In this document: piece by piece, positions 9,102 through 18,086 of the stretch
Layout of the letters: each line of letters starts with the position of its first letter
Position numbering within the stretch: position 1 is the first letter of the stretch
From: a bacterium
GTDB lineage: Bacteria > Patescibacteriota > Patescibacteriia > JACQRZ01
Length of the DNA stretch: 64,000 nucleotides
NCBI GenBank assembly: GCA_023246095.1
Contig: JAHFJA010000002.1
Coordinates: 39,489-103,488 of the forward strand
Reading direction: 5' to 3'
The notes under the pieces: generated by a model
Database searches by the model: none
What the model was told of the DNA's origin: nothing
The model's input: only the letters and a program-made list of their open reading frames with translations
Position numbers and translations under genes: made by a program

Positions 9102-11114
9102 ATGATGCCCACTCACCCTATGAATATCACTGAACTCGCGCGAAAATTAAGAACGACCACCAATGAACTGAGGGAAGCTCTCCCCCAGATGGGTTTTGAC
9201 ATTGGACTTCGCGCTATCAAAGTCGACGATGTCATTGCTCGCAAAATCATGCACACATGGCCAGCGTTCAACATGGCTCGTCTCAAGAAAAAAGAAAAAG
9301 AGTCTGACGAGGCAGCGATTATTGAAAACATCGCCACAAAAAAAGAGATCACCATAGCCACCACCGTCACGGTTCGTGATTTTGCCCAATTACTTGATAT
9401 CCCCGTCACCAAGCTTCTTGTCGTGCTCATGAACAATGGTATCCTCACCGCCCTCAATGAGAAAATCGATTACGAGACAGCCTCCATCATTGCCGAAGAT
9501 CTTGGGTATACTCCCCTTCGACTTAACGAGGAAGAGTCAGTGATGTCGGCCGGTATGACCGACCTTGTGCGTGATACGCTCGTTACTGAAAAAGAACACT
9601 TGCTCCCCCGTCCCCCTATCGTAGTGGTCATGGGTCACGTTGATCATGGAAAAACAAAACTTCTTGATGCGATCCGCTCGACAGACGTCATGAGTGGTGA
9701 ATCAGGAGGAATCACGCAGCACATCGGTGCCTATCAAATTTACAAAAAGTTCAAAGGTGGCAAAGAGAAACGCGCCATAACTTTTATCGACACCCCTGGA
9801 CACGAAGCCTTCACCACTATGCGTTCCCGTGGTGCAAAAATTGCCGATATCGCCATTCTCGTTGTCGCGGCTGATGACGGAGTAAAACTCCAAACCATCG
9901 AAGCGATCAAAATCATTAAAGCAGCAGGACTCCCTTTCGTTGTCGCCATTAACAAAATTGACAAACCCGATGCTAACTTGGACAAGGCAAAGCGTGAATT
10001 ATCTGATAATGGACTTATCCCTGAAGACTGGGGCGGCAACACTATGTGCGTTGGTGTCTCGGCAATAACAAAAGAAGGAATTGATGATCTTCTTGAACAC
10101 GTCCTCCTTATCGCAGAACTTGAAAAAGACAATATTGTTGCCAATCCTTCCGGTGACGCCCTTGCGGTAGTCATTGAATCCAACGTCGACCGACATACGG
10201 GGCCCGTCGCAACTCTTCTTATACAAAACGGCACCCTGCATACCCAGGACTATTTAGTCATTGACGATGCTTTTTATGGCAGAGTCCGCGCTATGAAGTC
10301 CTATTCAGGCAAAGAAATTACTTCAGCTCTCCCGTCCGATCCCGTCCAAATCATCGGCATGAAAGCAGCACCGATCATCGGATACGTCGTGCAGAGCTAC
10401 AAAGAACTTCCTAAGCATATTGATAAAAAACTCAAACTAACGTCCTCAGCAGCGGTAGTTGTCACCCCAAAGAAGTCAAAGGCAAAAGACGACATGCCGA
10501 GTGTCAATATCATTCTCAAGGCAGACACGTTGGGATCTTTGGAAGCAATCGCCAACTCGTTGCTCAAAATTGATCACCCTGAGGTCAGAATCAATATAAC
10601 CGTCAAAGATATCGGTAATATAACGTCGTCTGATGTTCTCAATGCTGAGGCAACCGGTAGCTATATCGCGGGATTTCATGTGAGTGCCCACCCTTCAGCC
10701 CACGCGATAGCCACAGAAAAAAATGTTGAAATCAAATACTACAAGGTTATTTATGAGCTATTAGACGAAGTAAAAGCTCGCATTGAGAAGCTCCTTGCCC
10801 CGTTGGTCACACGTGTCGATGTCGGCGATATCAAAATACTGGCAGTATTTCGTACCGATCCCCGCTCTATGATTGTGGGAGGTGCTATCACGGAAGGTAC
10901 CTTTACCCCTGGAGTTAAGGTGATTGTATTACGTGACGGCCAGGAAGTCGGCACCGGCAGCATCACTGGCTTGCAACTCGGGAAACAGGATGCAACCAAA
11001 GCTATTTCCGGACAAGAGTGCGGTATCAAATATCAAGGAGACCCGGTTATCCAAATCGATGATATCCTCCATGGTTACAAAGAAGAACGCTCGGTACGAA
11101 AACTGGAAGATTAA
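9102..11114 (+). CDS. infB: Translation initiation factor IF-2
   Basis: G1 motif GHVDHGKTKLLD, DTPGHEAF and NKID GTPase motifs; 670 aa; followed by rbfA as in canonical operons. Confidence 0.95.
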   Translation: MMPTHPMNITELARKLRTTTNELREALPQMGFDIGLRAIKVDDVIARKIMHTWPAFNMARLKKKEKESDEAAIIENIATKKEITIATTVTVRDFAQLLDIPVTKLLVVLMNNGILTALNEKIDYETASIIAEDLGYTPLRLNEEESVMSAGMTDLVRDTLVTEKEHLLPRPPIVVVMGHVDHGKTKLLDAIRSTDVMSGESGGITQHIGAYQIYKKFKGGKEKRAITFIDTPGHEAFTTMRSRGAKIADIAILVVAADDGVKLQTIEAIKIIKAAGLPFVVAINKIDKPDANLDKAKRELSDNGLIPEDWGGNTMCVGVSAITKEGIDDLLEHVLLIAELEKDNIVANPSGDALAVVIESNVDRHTGPVATLLIQNGTLHTQDYLVIDDAFYGRVRAMKSYSGKEITSALPSDPVQIIGMKAAPIIGYVVQSYKELPKHIDKKLKLTSSAAVVVTPKKSKAKDDMPSVNIILKADTLGSLEAIANSLLKIDHPEVRINITVKDIGNITSSDVLNAEATGSYIAGFHVSAHPSAHAIATEKNVEIKYYKVIYELLDEVKARIEKLLAPLVTRVDVGDIKILAVFRTDPRSMIVGGAITEGTFTPGVKVIVLRDGQEVGTGSITGLQLGKQDATKAISGQECGIKYQGDPVIQIDDILHGYKEERSVRKLED

Positions 11115-11117
11115 CGT

Positions 11118-11456
11118 ATGGAAAAACGCATTTCCAAAATCAATGAACTCATTCGATCAGAACTTTCTGGGATTATCGCTCGTACGGTCGAATTTCGTCT
11201 GGGTACACTAGTGACTATCACCTCCGTTGAATGCGATCCCGAAGCAAAAGAAGCAATGGTGCACATCACTGTATTTCCGTCTGATCGCGAACAAGAAGTC
11301 ATCACCCTTCTCAAAAAACTCTCCGGCCCCCTCCAGCATACCCTCAACCGCAAACTTTCCATGCGCTATGTCCCCCAACTTTCCTACCGCATCGACCAAG
11401 AACAAGTCGAAGGCTATGCAGTTGAAGCGCTTTTAGATAGTATTAAAGAGAATTAA
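11118..11456 (+). CDS. rbfA: Ribosome-binding factor A
   Basis: 112 aa, typical RbfA size and position immediately after infB; KH-like core sequence. Confidence 0.85.
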   Translation: MEKRISKINELIRSELSGIIARTVEFRLGTLVTITSVECDPEAKEAMVHITVFPSDREQEVITLLKKLSGPLQHTLNRKLSMRYVPQLSYRIDQEQVEGYAVEALLDSIKEN

Positions 11457-11468
11457 TACCATTACCCT

Positions 11469-12053
11469 ATGAAGAACTATCACATGATCCCCACCGTGAT
11501 TGAAAAATCATCAATGGGCGAACGCGCGTATGATATCTATTCCCGCCTTTTGAAAGAGCGCATCATCTTTCTTGGCGATGCGATCGATGACGATGTTGCC
11601 AATACCGTCATTGCTCAGCTGATTTTCCTCGAGAGCGAAGATAAAGAAAAAGACATCAAACTCTATATCAACTCTCCCGGAGGTTCCGTGAGTGCCGGTT
11701 TGGCAATCTACGACACCATGCAATTCATCAAACCGGATGTTTCAACGATCTGTATTGGTATGGCCGCATCTATGGGTGCCGTACTTCTTGCAGCCGGCGC
11801 GAAGAAAAAACGCTATGTTCTCCCTAACGCCGAAGTTATGATCCACCAAGTTATGGGCGGTGCCGAAGGACAAGCAACGGATATCAAAATCAAAGCAGAA
11901 CACATCCTTCGCATTAAAGACAAATTAAACGGCATCCTTTCAAAACACACCGGGCAACCCGTCAAAAAAATCGACACCGACACCGACCGCGACAACTTCA
12001 TGAGCGCCGAAGAGGCAGTGAAATATGGATTGGTGGATAAGATTATACAGTAA
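11469..12053 (+). CDS. clpP: ATP-dependent Clp protease proteolytic subunit
   Basis: Catalytic-Ser motif GMAASMG and catalytic-His context MIHQ; the YINSPGGSV motif. Confidence 0.95.
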   Translation: MKNYHMIPTVIEKSSMGERAYDIYSRLLKERIIFLGDAIDDDVANTVIAQLIFLESEDKEKDIKLYINSPGGSVSAGLAIYDTMQFIKPDVSTICIGMAASMGAVLLAAGAKKKRYVLPNAEVMIHQVMGGAEGQATDIKIKAEHILRIKDKLNGILSKHTGQPVKKIDTDTDRDNFMSAEEAVKYGLVDKIIQ

Positions 12054-12074
12054 ACGCTGTTTCATTTTCTACTC

Positions 12075-12106
12075 AAAAAACTGCTCTCAAAAGCAGTTTT
12101 TTGTTT
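12075..12106 (+). terminator. Rho-independent terminator after clpP
   Basis: aaaactgct / agcagtttt stem followed by a T-tract. Confidence 0.6.
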
Positions 12107-12135
12107 ATGTACAAACGTTTTTCAACCATGTATGC

Positions 12136-12164
12136 TTGACAAAAAGAGTAAAATATGCTATTTT
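12136..12164 (+). promoter_or_regulatory. Sigma70-like promoter (TTGACA ... TATTTT) for the 12223 gene
   Basis: TTGACA at 12136-12141; A/T-rich -10 candidates 15-17 nt downstream. Confidence 0.35.
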
Positions 12165-12222
12165 CTTGATTAGAGAGTGACTAAACGTTACTTGAAATTA
12201 TAAAAAACAAAGGAGAATTGGA

Positions 12223-12990
12223 ATGGAACTGAGAATAGTTGACATCACTTTTGAAAGCATGGTGAAAGCGGTTCAAAAGCACATAGGTAATAAAATCATT
12301 GGCACTGATTTACACCCTAGGGCCCTTGAATACTTAGAGGTGTTCAAAAACAACCCCAATGGGGACCTTAGTATTGAATTAGAAGATTGGCTTTTTGGAA
12401 CAGAAGAAGGCGCAAGCTTTAGATCGGCTATAATCTACAAACCAGAGACAATTTTTGAAATAGCTGCGCCTGAACGTTTCCCCACACCCGAGGACGTTAT
12501 TGCTTTCATCGGAACAATAACCAAAGGAAAGGAGTGTAAAGAAAACAAAGACCGGAGAGGAAAAGATGACAAAGGTGTTATTTATTTCATGGAATTCCAA
12601 GTCTCCGGCGAAAGTAAAGGAGAAATGGATGAATATGAATACGTGAAAAAAGGGACCACTCCAAATGGTAAGATATACTCTAAAACAGAAATTTCGGTAG
12701 CTTACTACATTGATGGTGAACCTAGGGGTGGTCAAAACGTAGCAAAGTATGTTGATGGTTCATGGGAGATATATCCAGATGCCGACATAGCGTACTGGAA
12801 AAACTACGCTTTAAACGACCTTCGGAAGTCATTCCCTGTTGAAAAATTCGATACCATACGAAAATTAGATCCTGCCAGCAAAGACTTTAGTGACATTACC
12901 GCACAGGCCAAGCTATTCGGTATTCCTACTATAACCTCGGAAGAAGACCTTATGGCGTTGAAAACAATCATGTATCCAAACGAAGTATAA
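12223..12990 (+). CDS. Hypothetical protein (255 aa), stand-alone cassette with its own promoter and terminator
   Basis: ORF with AAAGGAGAA Shine-Dalgarno; flanked by terminators. Confidence 0.55.
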   Translation: MELRIVDITFESMVKAVQKHIGNKIIGTDLHPRALEYLEVFKNNPNGDLSIELEDWLFGTEEGASFRSAIIYKPETIFEIAAPERFPTPEDVIAFIGTITKGKECKENKDRRGKDDKGVIYFMEFQVSGESKGEMDEYEYVKKGTTPNGKIYSKTEISVAYYIDGEPRGGQNVAKYVDGSWEIYPDADIAYWKNYALNDLRKSFPVEKFDTIRKLDPASKDFSDITAQAKLFGIPTITSEEDLMALKTIMYPNEV

Positions 12991-13009
12991 CTACTCCAAA
13001 AAAAATAAA

Positions 13010-13040
13010 TAGGGCATTAAAACAATGCTCTATTTTATTT
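13010..13040 (+). terminator. Probable terminator (tagggcatt/aatgctcta stem with one mismatch, then a T-tract)
   Basis: Inverted repeat read from the sequence. Confidence 0.4.
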
Positions 13041-13350
13041 ACACAATATAAAGATCAAAAAACACCAATGATACACATCAAACAACCTCACCTTGCGTAA
13101 AACCCACTACTATGCTAGGCTGAGAGGAGTAAAAATATTAAATTTTGTGTGTCAAAACGAGCGTAAATAGGTGCAAATGATGCGTTCATGTAACGATTTT
13201 CTCAACTATGACTCTTTATTCATCTCATGTAATTAATAGTTTTGAACAGGTCCCCCCACGATAATTCTCGTCTGCGGGGTCGTTTCGTGTACCCACATAT
13301 CTCTAGAATAGCACTTTACATACGCTCCTTTGTACCACGTACAGGAGTAT

Positions 13351-14871
13351 ATGATCACCACAATTATTATAGGCCTTGTGGCATTGGCAGCAGGCATTGG
13401 CATCGGGTATATATACCGTCACCAAATGGCCCTCAACCGTGTTAACAGTGCCGAGACCAAAGCGGAGCAAATCATTAGTGAAACAAAAGTACAACAGAGA
13501 GATCTCTTGATCCAGGCAAAAGATAAAGCCATGGCGATCATCGAGGAAGCAAAGAAAGAAGAAGTTGAGCGCCGAAAAGAACTTGGAGCTAGTCAATCAC
13601 GAATCGAACGTCGTGAGGCTCTTTTTGATCAAAAATTAATTGAGCTCCAAGACCGACACCAGAAGATCCAGGAAAAAGCTGCCGCCGTTGAAGCCCTCAG
13701 AGGTGAAATTGAGCAAGTAAAACAAAGCCACATCACAACGCTTGAAAAGATTGCCCAGATGGACCGCAACAGTGCAAAGACCATGCTCCTTGATCAAGTC
13801 GAGAAAGAAGCGCAAGAAGACATGATTGCACGTGTCAAAAAGGTTGAAAGACTAGGCATAGAGGAGATGGGTCAAAAAGCAAAGAGTATCCTCGGTGATG
13901 CCATCCAGCGATATGCCCAAAGCGTCGTCTCAGAAACCACCACCTCGGTTGTTCATATCCCCAACGATGAAATGAAGGGACGTATTATTGGCAAAGAGGG
14001 ACGCAACATCAAAGCGATAGAAAATCTTACCGGCGTCGAAATCCTTATCGATGATACCCCTAATGCAATCACCGTATCGGGTTTTTCCCCTATCCGCCGA
14101 AACATCGCACGTATTGCCATTGAAAAGTTAATCAAAGACGGGCGTATCCATCCCGGACGTATTGAAGAAACCGTTGAAGAAGCAAAACAGGAATTAGCCT
14201 TGGATATTAAGAAAGCGGGCGAAGACGCTATATTTGAATTGGGGGTAACCGGTGTCGATCCTCGTCTTGTTCAAATTCTCGGCCGTCTCAAATACCGCAC
14301 CAGTTTTGGACAGAATGCATTAGTACACTCAATCGAGGTAGGCCATCTATCAGGATTTTTAGCAGAAAGTATCGGTGCTGACCCTATCATCGCCCGAAAA
14401 GGTGGACTCCTTCATGATATTGGAAAGTCGGTAGACCATGAAGTCCAAGGTACCCATCCTCAAATCGGCTATGACATTATGAAGAAATTTGGCCTTCCTG
14501 AAGAAGTTGCCTACATGTCGATTGCCCATCATGAAGATAATCCTCATTCACTTGAAGGAATTGTCGTCAAAGTTGCTGACGCACTTTCTGCAAGCCGACC
14601 TGGTGCCCGCAAGGACACCGCCGAACGTTATGTACAGCGTGTGACAGAACTTGAAAACGTTGCCAATAGTTTTGAAGGTATTGATCGCGCTTACGCTATT
14701 TCTGCCGGACGCGAAATCCGTGTATTTGCCCACCCCGACCATATCGATGATATCGGTGCCCTTAAACTCGCTAAAAACATTGCTAAGCGCATCGAGGATG
14801 ACTTGCAATACCCTGGTGAAATCAAAGTCACCTTGATTCGAGAAAAACGATTCGTTGAGTACGCACGCTAA
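13351..14871 (+). CDS. rny: Ribonuclease Y (N-terminal TM helix, KH domain, HD domain)
   Basis: HD motif LLHDIGK; KH-type GKEGRNIKAIE motif; N-terminal hydrophobic helix; ATG at 13351 preceded by GGAG (the ORF-track start at 13330 is a TTG). Confidence 0.9.
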   Translation: MITTIIIGLVALAAGIGIGYIYRHQMALNRVNSAETKAEQIISETKVQQRDLLIQAKDKAMAIIEEAKKEEVERRKELGASQSRIERREALFDQKLIELQDRHQKIQEKAAAVEALRGEIEQVKQSHITTLEKIAQMDRNSAKTMLLDQVEKEAQEDMIARVKKVERLGIEEMGQKAKSILGDAIQRYAQSVVSETTTSVVHIPNDEMKGRIIGKEGRNIKAIENLTGVEILIDDTPNAITVSGFSPIRRNIARIAIEKLIKDGRIHPGRIEETVEEAKQELALDIKKAGEDAIFELGVTGVDPRLVQILGRLKYRTSFGQNALVHSIEVGHLSGFLAESIGADPIIARKGGLLHDIGKSVDHEVQGTHPQIGYDIMKKFGLPEEVAYMSIAHHEDNPHSLEGIVVKVADALSASRPGARKDTAERYVQRVTELENVANSFEGIDRAYAISAGREIRVFAHPDHIDDIGALKLAKNIAKRIEDDLQYPGEIKVTLIREKRFVEYAR

Positions 14872-14877
14872 ACTATT

Positions 14878-15672
14878 ATGAACATTCTTTTTATTGGTGA
14901 TATTGTCGGAAAGATCGGACGGAAAGCAGTGGTCAATCTGCTTCCAGAGCTGCGTAAAGAACACAGTGTTGACTTTGTAATCGCAAATGTAGAAAACCTT
15001 GCTCACGGCAAAGGAGTCACTCATTCAACCCTTGCGGAAATCATGTCAGCTGGCGTCGATTTTGGCACATCAGGCAATCACATCTGGAACAAAAGTGAGG
15101 GACTCGAAATTTTAGCAAAGCCCGACTCCCCTATCATCCGTCCGGGAAATTACCCCCCAGGTTGGCCTGGTGTTGGAGAAAAAGTCCTTACTATTGGCAC
15201 AAAATCGATACTTGTGATAAACTTGTTAGGAAGGATGTTCATGAAGGTCAGCACAGACTGCCCCTTCAGAGCATTAGACTCGATCCTTACAAGGCATCAC
15301 GAGAAACAATTTGCAGCCATAATCGTGGATTTCCATGCGGAAACCACATCAGAAAAACAGGCGTTCGGTCTATATAGCGACGGACGCGTAAGCGCGGTAT
15401 TGGGTACTCATACTCACGTCCCTACTGCCGACGAGCGCATCCTTCCAAAAGGTACTGCATATATAACCGACGTTGGATTTGTTGGTGCAACACATTCGGT
15501 GTTAGGATTTAGCCCCGAAACCGGGATCCAAACTCACCTTTTGCAAACACCCCCCAAGCCTGTCATTCCTGAATCAGGTACAGCAAATTTCTGTGCTGTT
15601 TTGATCACGGTAGATGAAAATACCGGGAACGCAACACATTTTTCTCGTATTTATAAGGAAGTTGAGATTTAA
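14878..15672 (+). CDS. ymdB: YmdB-like metallophosphoesterase (TIGR00282 family 2',3'-cyclic-nucleotide phosphodiesterase)
   Basis: N-terminal GDIVG(K)xGR and NVENxAHGKG metal-binding motifs; conserved position directly downstream of rny. Confidence 0.8.
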   Translation: MNILFIGDIVGKIGRKAVVNLLPELRKEHSVDFVIANVENLAHGKGVTHSTLAEIMSAGVDFGTSGNHIWNKSEGLEILAKPDSPIIRPGNYPPGWPGVGEKVLTIGTKSILVINLLGRMFMKVSTDCPFRALDSILTRHHEKQFAAIIVDFHAETTSEKQAFGLYSDGRVSAVLGTHTHVPTADERILPKGTAYITDVGFVGATHSVLGFSPETGIQTHLLQTPPKPVIPESGTANFCAVLITVDENTGNATHFSRIYKEVEI

Positions 15673-15701
15673 TTTGTTATTAATTTTTTAAGGAAACGTG
15701 T

Positions 15702-15998
15702 ATGGCAAAACTCAAAAAGTCAGAACTGGTAGACATGCTCGCCACTAAGGTAGACGCATCAAAGAAGCAAGCAGAGGATATGATCGAAGCTTTGCTTGAG
15801 ATCATCACCAGCTCATTGCAGAATGGTGATGAAGTTACCTTCACTGGCTTTGGTTCATTCATGGCCAAGATGCGAAAAGGACGCGTCGGCATCAACCCAA
15901 AGAACCCCACCGAAAAGATCAATATCCCTGCAAGCATCGTTCCTCGTTTCAAAGCAGGAAAAGGCCTCAAAGATGCACTTCAGGAAAAGAAGAAATAA
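15702..15998 (+). CDS. hup: HU-family DNA-binding protein
   Basis: 98 aa; the FTGFGSF arm motif and the RKGRVGINPKNPTEKINIPAS DNA-binding arm motif. Confidence 0.9.
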   Translation: MAKLKKSELVDMLATKVDASKKQAEDMIEALLEIITSSLQNGDEVTFTGFGSFMAKMRKGRVGINPKNPTEKINIPASIVPRFKAGKGLKDALQEKKK

Positions 15999-16015
15999 TT
16001 GTTTCCCAGCCACTA

Positions 16016-16045
16016 AAAATACCCCTTTCGGGGTATTTTTGTTTT
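16016..16045. terminator. Bidirectional rho-independent terminator between hup (+) and the FKBP gene (-)
   Basis: Perfect hairpin aaaatacccc-tttc-ggggtatttt with T/A tracts on both sides. Confidence 0.6.
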
Positions 16046-16067
16046 CCACAGGTTATCTTTATTTTCT

Positions 16068-16601
16068 CTACTTTCCTTTGATACTTAACAACTCAACCTC
16101 AAAGAAGAGATCGGAACCAGCGGGAATACTGCCTCTCTCGACCATGCCGTATGCCATTCGTGCAGGAATAGACAATGAACGCTTTCCGCCCACCTTCATA
16201 CCTTCAAACCCTTTGTCCCACCCTTCGATCACCATACCGGCACCAAGCTGGAATTCAAACGGTTGTTTACGCACATATGAACTATCAAATACAACACCGT
16301 TAGCAAGTTTTCCACTGTAGTGGACTGTCAATATATCTCCCTTTACCGCTGTAGCTCCCGTACCCACGACCGTATCATTGATCTCAAGATCCGTAAGTGG
16401 TTTTTTAACTGTTGCCTCAGAAGAAACTACTGATTCAGGAGTTGTGTTCATATTTTCATTAGGGTTTTGAGAATTAGGATTGGGGGTAGTAATGATATTT
16501 GATTGAGTGTCTGGTTTCTTTGGAGAAGACGTATACACAAACACGATTGCACCCACCACAACAACAATCGCAAGAACGGGAATTAAGATTTTTTTATTCA
16601 T
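16068..16601 (-). CDS. FKBP-type peptidyl-prolyl cis-trans isomerase with N-terminal membrane anchor or signal
   Basis: FKBP domain signature VHYSGKLANGVVFDSS...GWDKGFEGMKVGGKR...LFFEVELL. Confidence 0.85.
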   Translation of the reverse strand: MNKKILIPVLAIVVVVGAIVFVYTSSPKKPDTQSNIITTPNPNSQNPNENMNTTPESVVSSEATVKKPLTDLEINDTVVGTGATAVKGDILTVHYSGKLANGVVFDSSYVRKQPFEFQLGAGMVIEGWDKGFEGMKVGGKRSLSIPARMAYGMVERGSIPAGSDLFFEVELLSIKGK

Positions 16602-16647
16602 AAAAATATGTATTAATTACAGTATGAAACTAGTATATCAGATTCTT

Positions 16648-17706
16648 CTAACATCCCCAACTATTTGCTTTCAACTTATTATAATTCCCTTCAACCCGAG
16701 GGGCATAAACCCGAGTTTCCTTATACCCGGTGTTAACCTCGCATTCCCACAACGTCGTCCCAGAACAAGACGAACTGAGTCTATTTGCACCTGGCCCGCC
16801 ATTATATGCTGCTGCTAAATACTTAATCTGTGTCATATCACATCCAGATTGTGAATTAGTCGACCCACCATTGCAACCACCCGTTTTCAAGTCGCTCAAG
16901 TAAGCAGCAGCAGTGCGTGCATTGGTAAGTGGGTCAAAACTACTGCCCCCCGTAATATTATGACGGGACCTCACATCCGCCGCAGTGGCGGGCATAAGTT
17001 GAATAAGCCCCTGTGCCCCAACGGAACTTTGCGCGTTGGGGTTACCGCTTGACTCTGCAAACATAAATGCCTTTAAGAGTGTGCAATCAACACCCGGAAA
17101 TTCCGTGCTTGCACTTTTTAAGGCCGTATCGTATGTTGTGAGATTTTGAGATATACTCGCACTACCAACACCTTTCTCACCCCCACCACTACTTTGTTGC
17201 TGACGAATTTCCGCCACAGTAATGTCCATCTTTTGTATTGCCCCCAAACGTATCACTGGCCATTGAACCAGAACCGGATTGATAAGGTACAAGATAGAAT
17301 AAGCACCGAGAGTAAGAACGAGACCAATCAATGCATTCGATATAATTTTTATTGCTTTTTGTGTTTGCCCCGAAGAGCCTCTTGAAGTCATCCACTGCAT
17401 CCCTCCTACCATTAGCATTACCACGGCGATTATAGCCACCGCAGTAATTAACCACGCGTACAATTGTCCAAAATAGGTGGCCATACCTGTTGCCACAATA
17501 GTATTACCATCAGCAGTGATAAGTTTAACCTTTTCATCATACCCGTGAAAAGGAACTTGAAGTTTAAAATCGGGAAACAAACTCGAAGATTTTATAGCAT
17601 CATCAACAGCAAATACGCGATGAGGTGTAGCAATCCCCACAAAAAACAATATAACGATAGCCAACACCCCCACAAGGAAATATCTTACAAAAGACGAATG
17701 ACGCAT
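16648..17706 (-). CDS. Fusion protein: N-terminal TrbC/VirB2-like pilin module joined to a C-terminal SLT-family lytic transglycosylase domain
   Basis: Pilin-type motif MLMVGGMQWMTSRGSSGQTQKAIKIISNALIGLVLTLGAYSIL; SLT motif AESSGNPNAQSSVGAQGLIQLMPATA. Confidence 0.7.
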   Translation of the reverse strand: MRHSSFVRYFLVGVLAIVILFFVGIATPHRVFAVDDAIKSSSLFPDFKLQVPFHGYDEKVKLITADGNTIVATGMATYFGQLYAWLITAVAIIAVVMLMVGGMQWMTSRGSSGQTQKAIKIISNALIGLVLTLGAYSILYLINPVLVQWPVIRLGAIQKMDITVAEIRQQQSSGGGEKGVGSASISQNLTTYDTALKSASTEFPGVDCTLLKAFMFAESSGNPNAQSSVGAQGLIQLMPATAADVRSRHNITGGSSFDPLTNARTAAAYLSDLKTGGCNGGSTNSQSGCDMTQIKYLAAAYNGGPGANRLSSSCSGTTLWECEVNTGYKETRVYAPRVEGNYNKLKANSWGC

Positions 17707-17749
17707 AATATATAAAGTTATCTATAATCAGTATACCATCTTAACAAAA

Positions 17750-17780
17750 CAAAAAAGTAGCACGTGGCTACTTTTTTGTA
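17750..17780. terminator. Palindromic hairpin aaaaaagtagc-acgtg-gctactttttt, probable terminator of the minus-strand tRNA pair
   Basis: 11-bp perfect stem with flanking A/T tracts. Confidence 0.4.
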
Positions 17781-17815
17781 GAATATAATATAAAATTTTG
17801 ATAATACAACATTTT

Positions 17816-17891
17816 TGGTGCGCCCAGAGGGATTTGAACCCCCGACCGTTTGCTTAAGAGGCAACTGCTCTACCAACTGAGCTATGAGCGC
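17816..17891 (-). tRNA. tRNA-Lys (anticodon CTT), CCA encoded
   Basis: Manual cloverleaf fold of the reverse complement: GCGCTCA acceptor, GCTC/GAGC D-stem, anticodon loop CTCTTAA, T-loop TTCAAAT, 76 nt. Confidence 0.8.
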
Positions 17892-17951
17892 ATAACAGGG
17901 ACATCCTATCGTCCGACGTGTGAAGTGTCAATTGTCATACAATAACACTTT

Positions 17952-18028
17952 TGGTGCGCCCGGAGGGATTCGAACCCCCGACCCTCTGGTCCGAAGCCAG
18001 ATGCTCTAATCCACTGAGCTACGAGCGC
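17952..18028 (-). tRNA. tRNA-Arg (anticodon TCG), CCA encoded
   Basis: Manual cloverleaf fold: acceptor GCGCTCG/CGGGCGC, anticodon stem TCTGG/CCAGA with loop CTTCGGA, T-loop TTCGAAT, 77 nt. Confidence 0.75.
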
Positions 18029-18086
18029 ATGTACCCAACCACTATACACGGCCATCCAAATAAAACAACCTGTTTATCCATTTATA

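Noticed and set aside
13330-13350. ORF-track start of rny at 13330
   Set aside because: The codon at 13330 is TTG. The ATG at 13351 has a GGAG 6 nt upstream and the product begins directly with the N-terminal TM helix, so the shorter start was chosen.
15796-16320. 174-aa plus-strand ORF spanning the hup 3' end, the terminator hairpin and the antisense of the FKBP gene
   Set aside because: It crosses a strong bidirectional terminator and overlaps two well-supported genes. Spurious.
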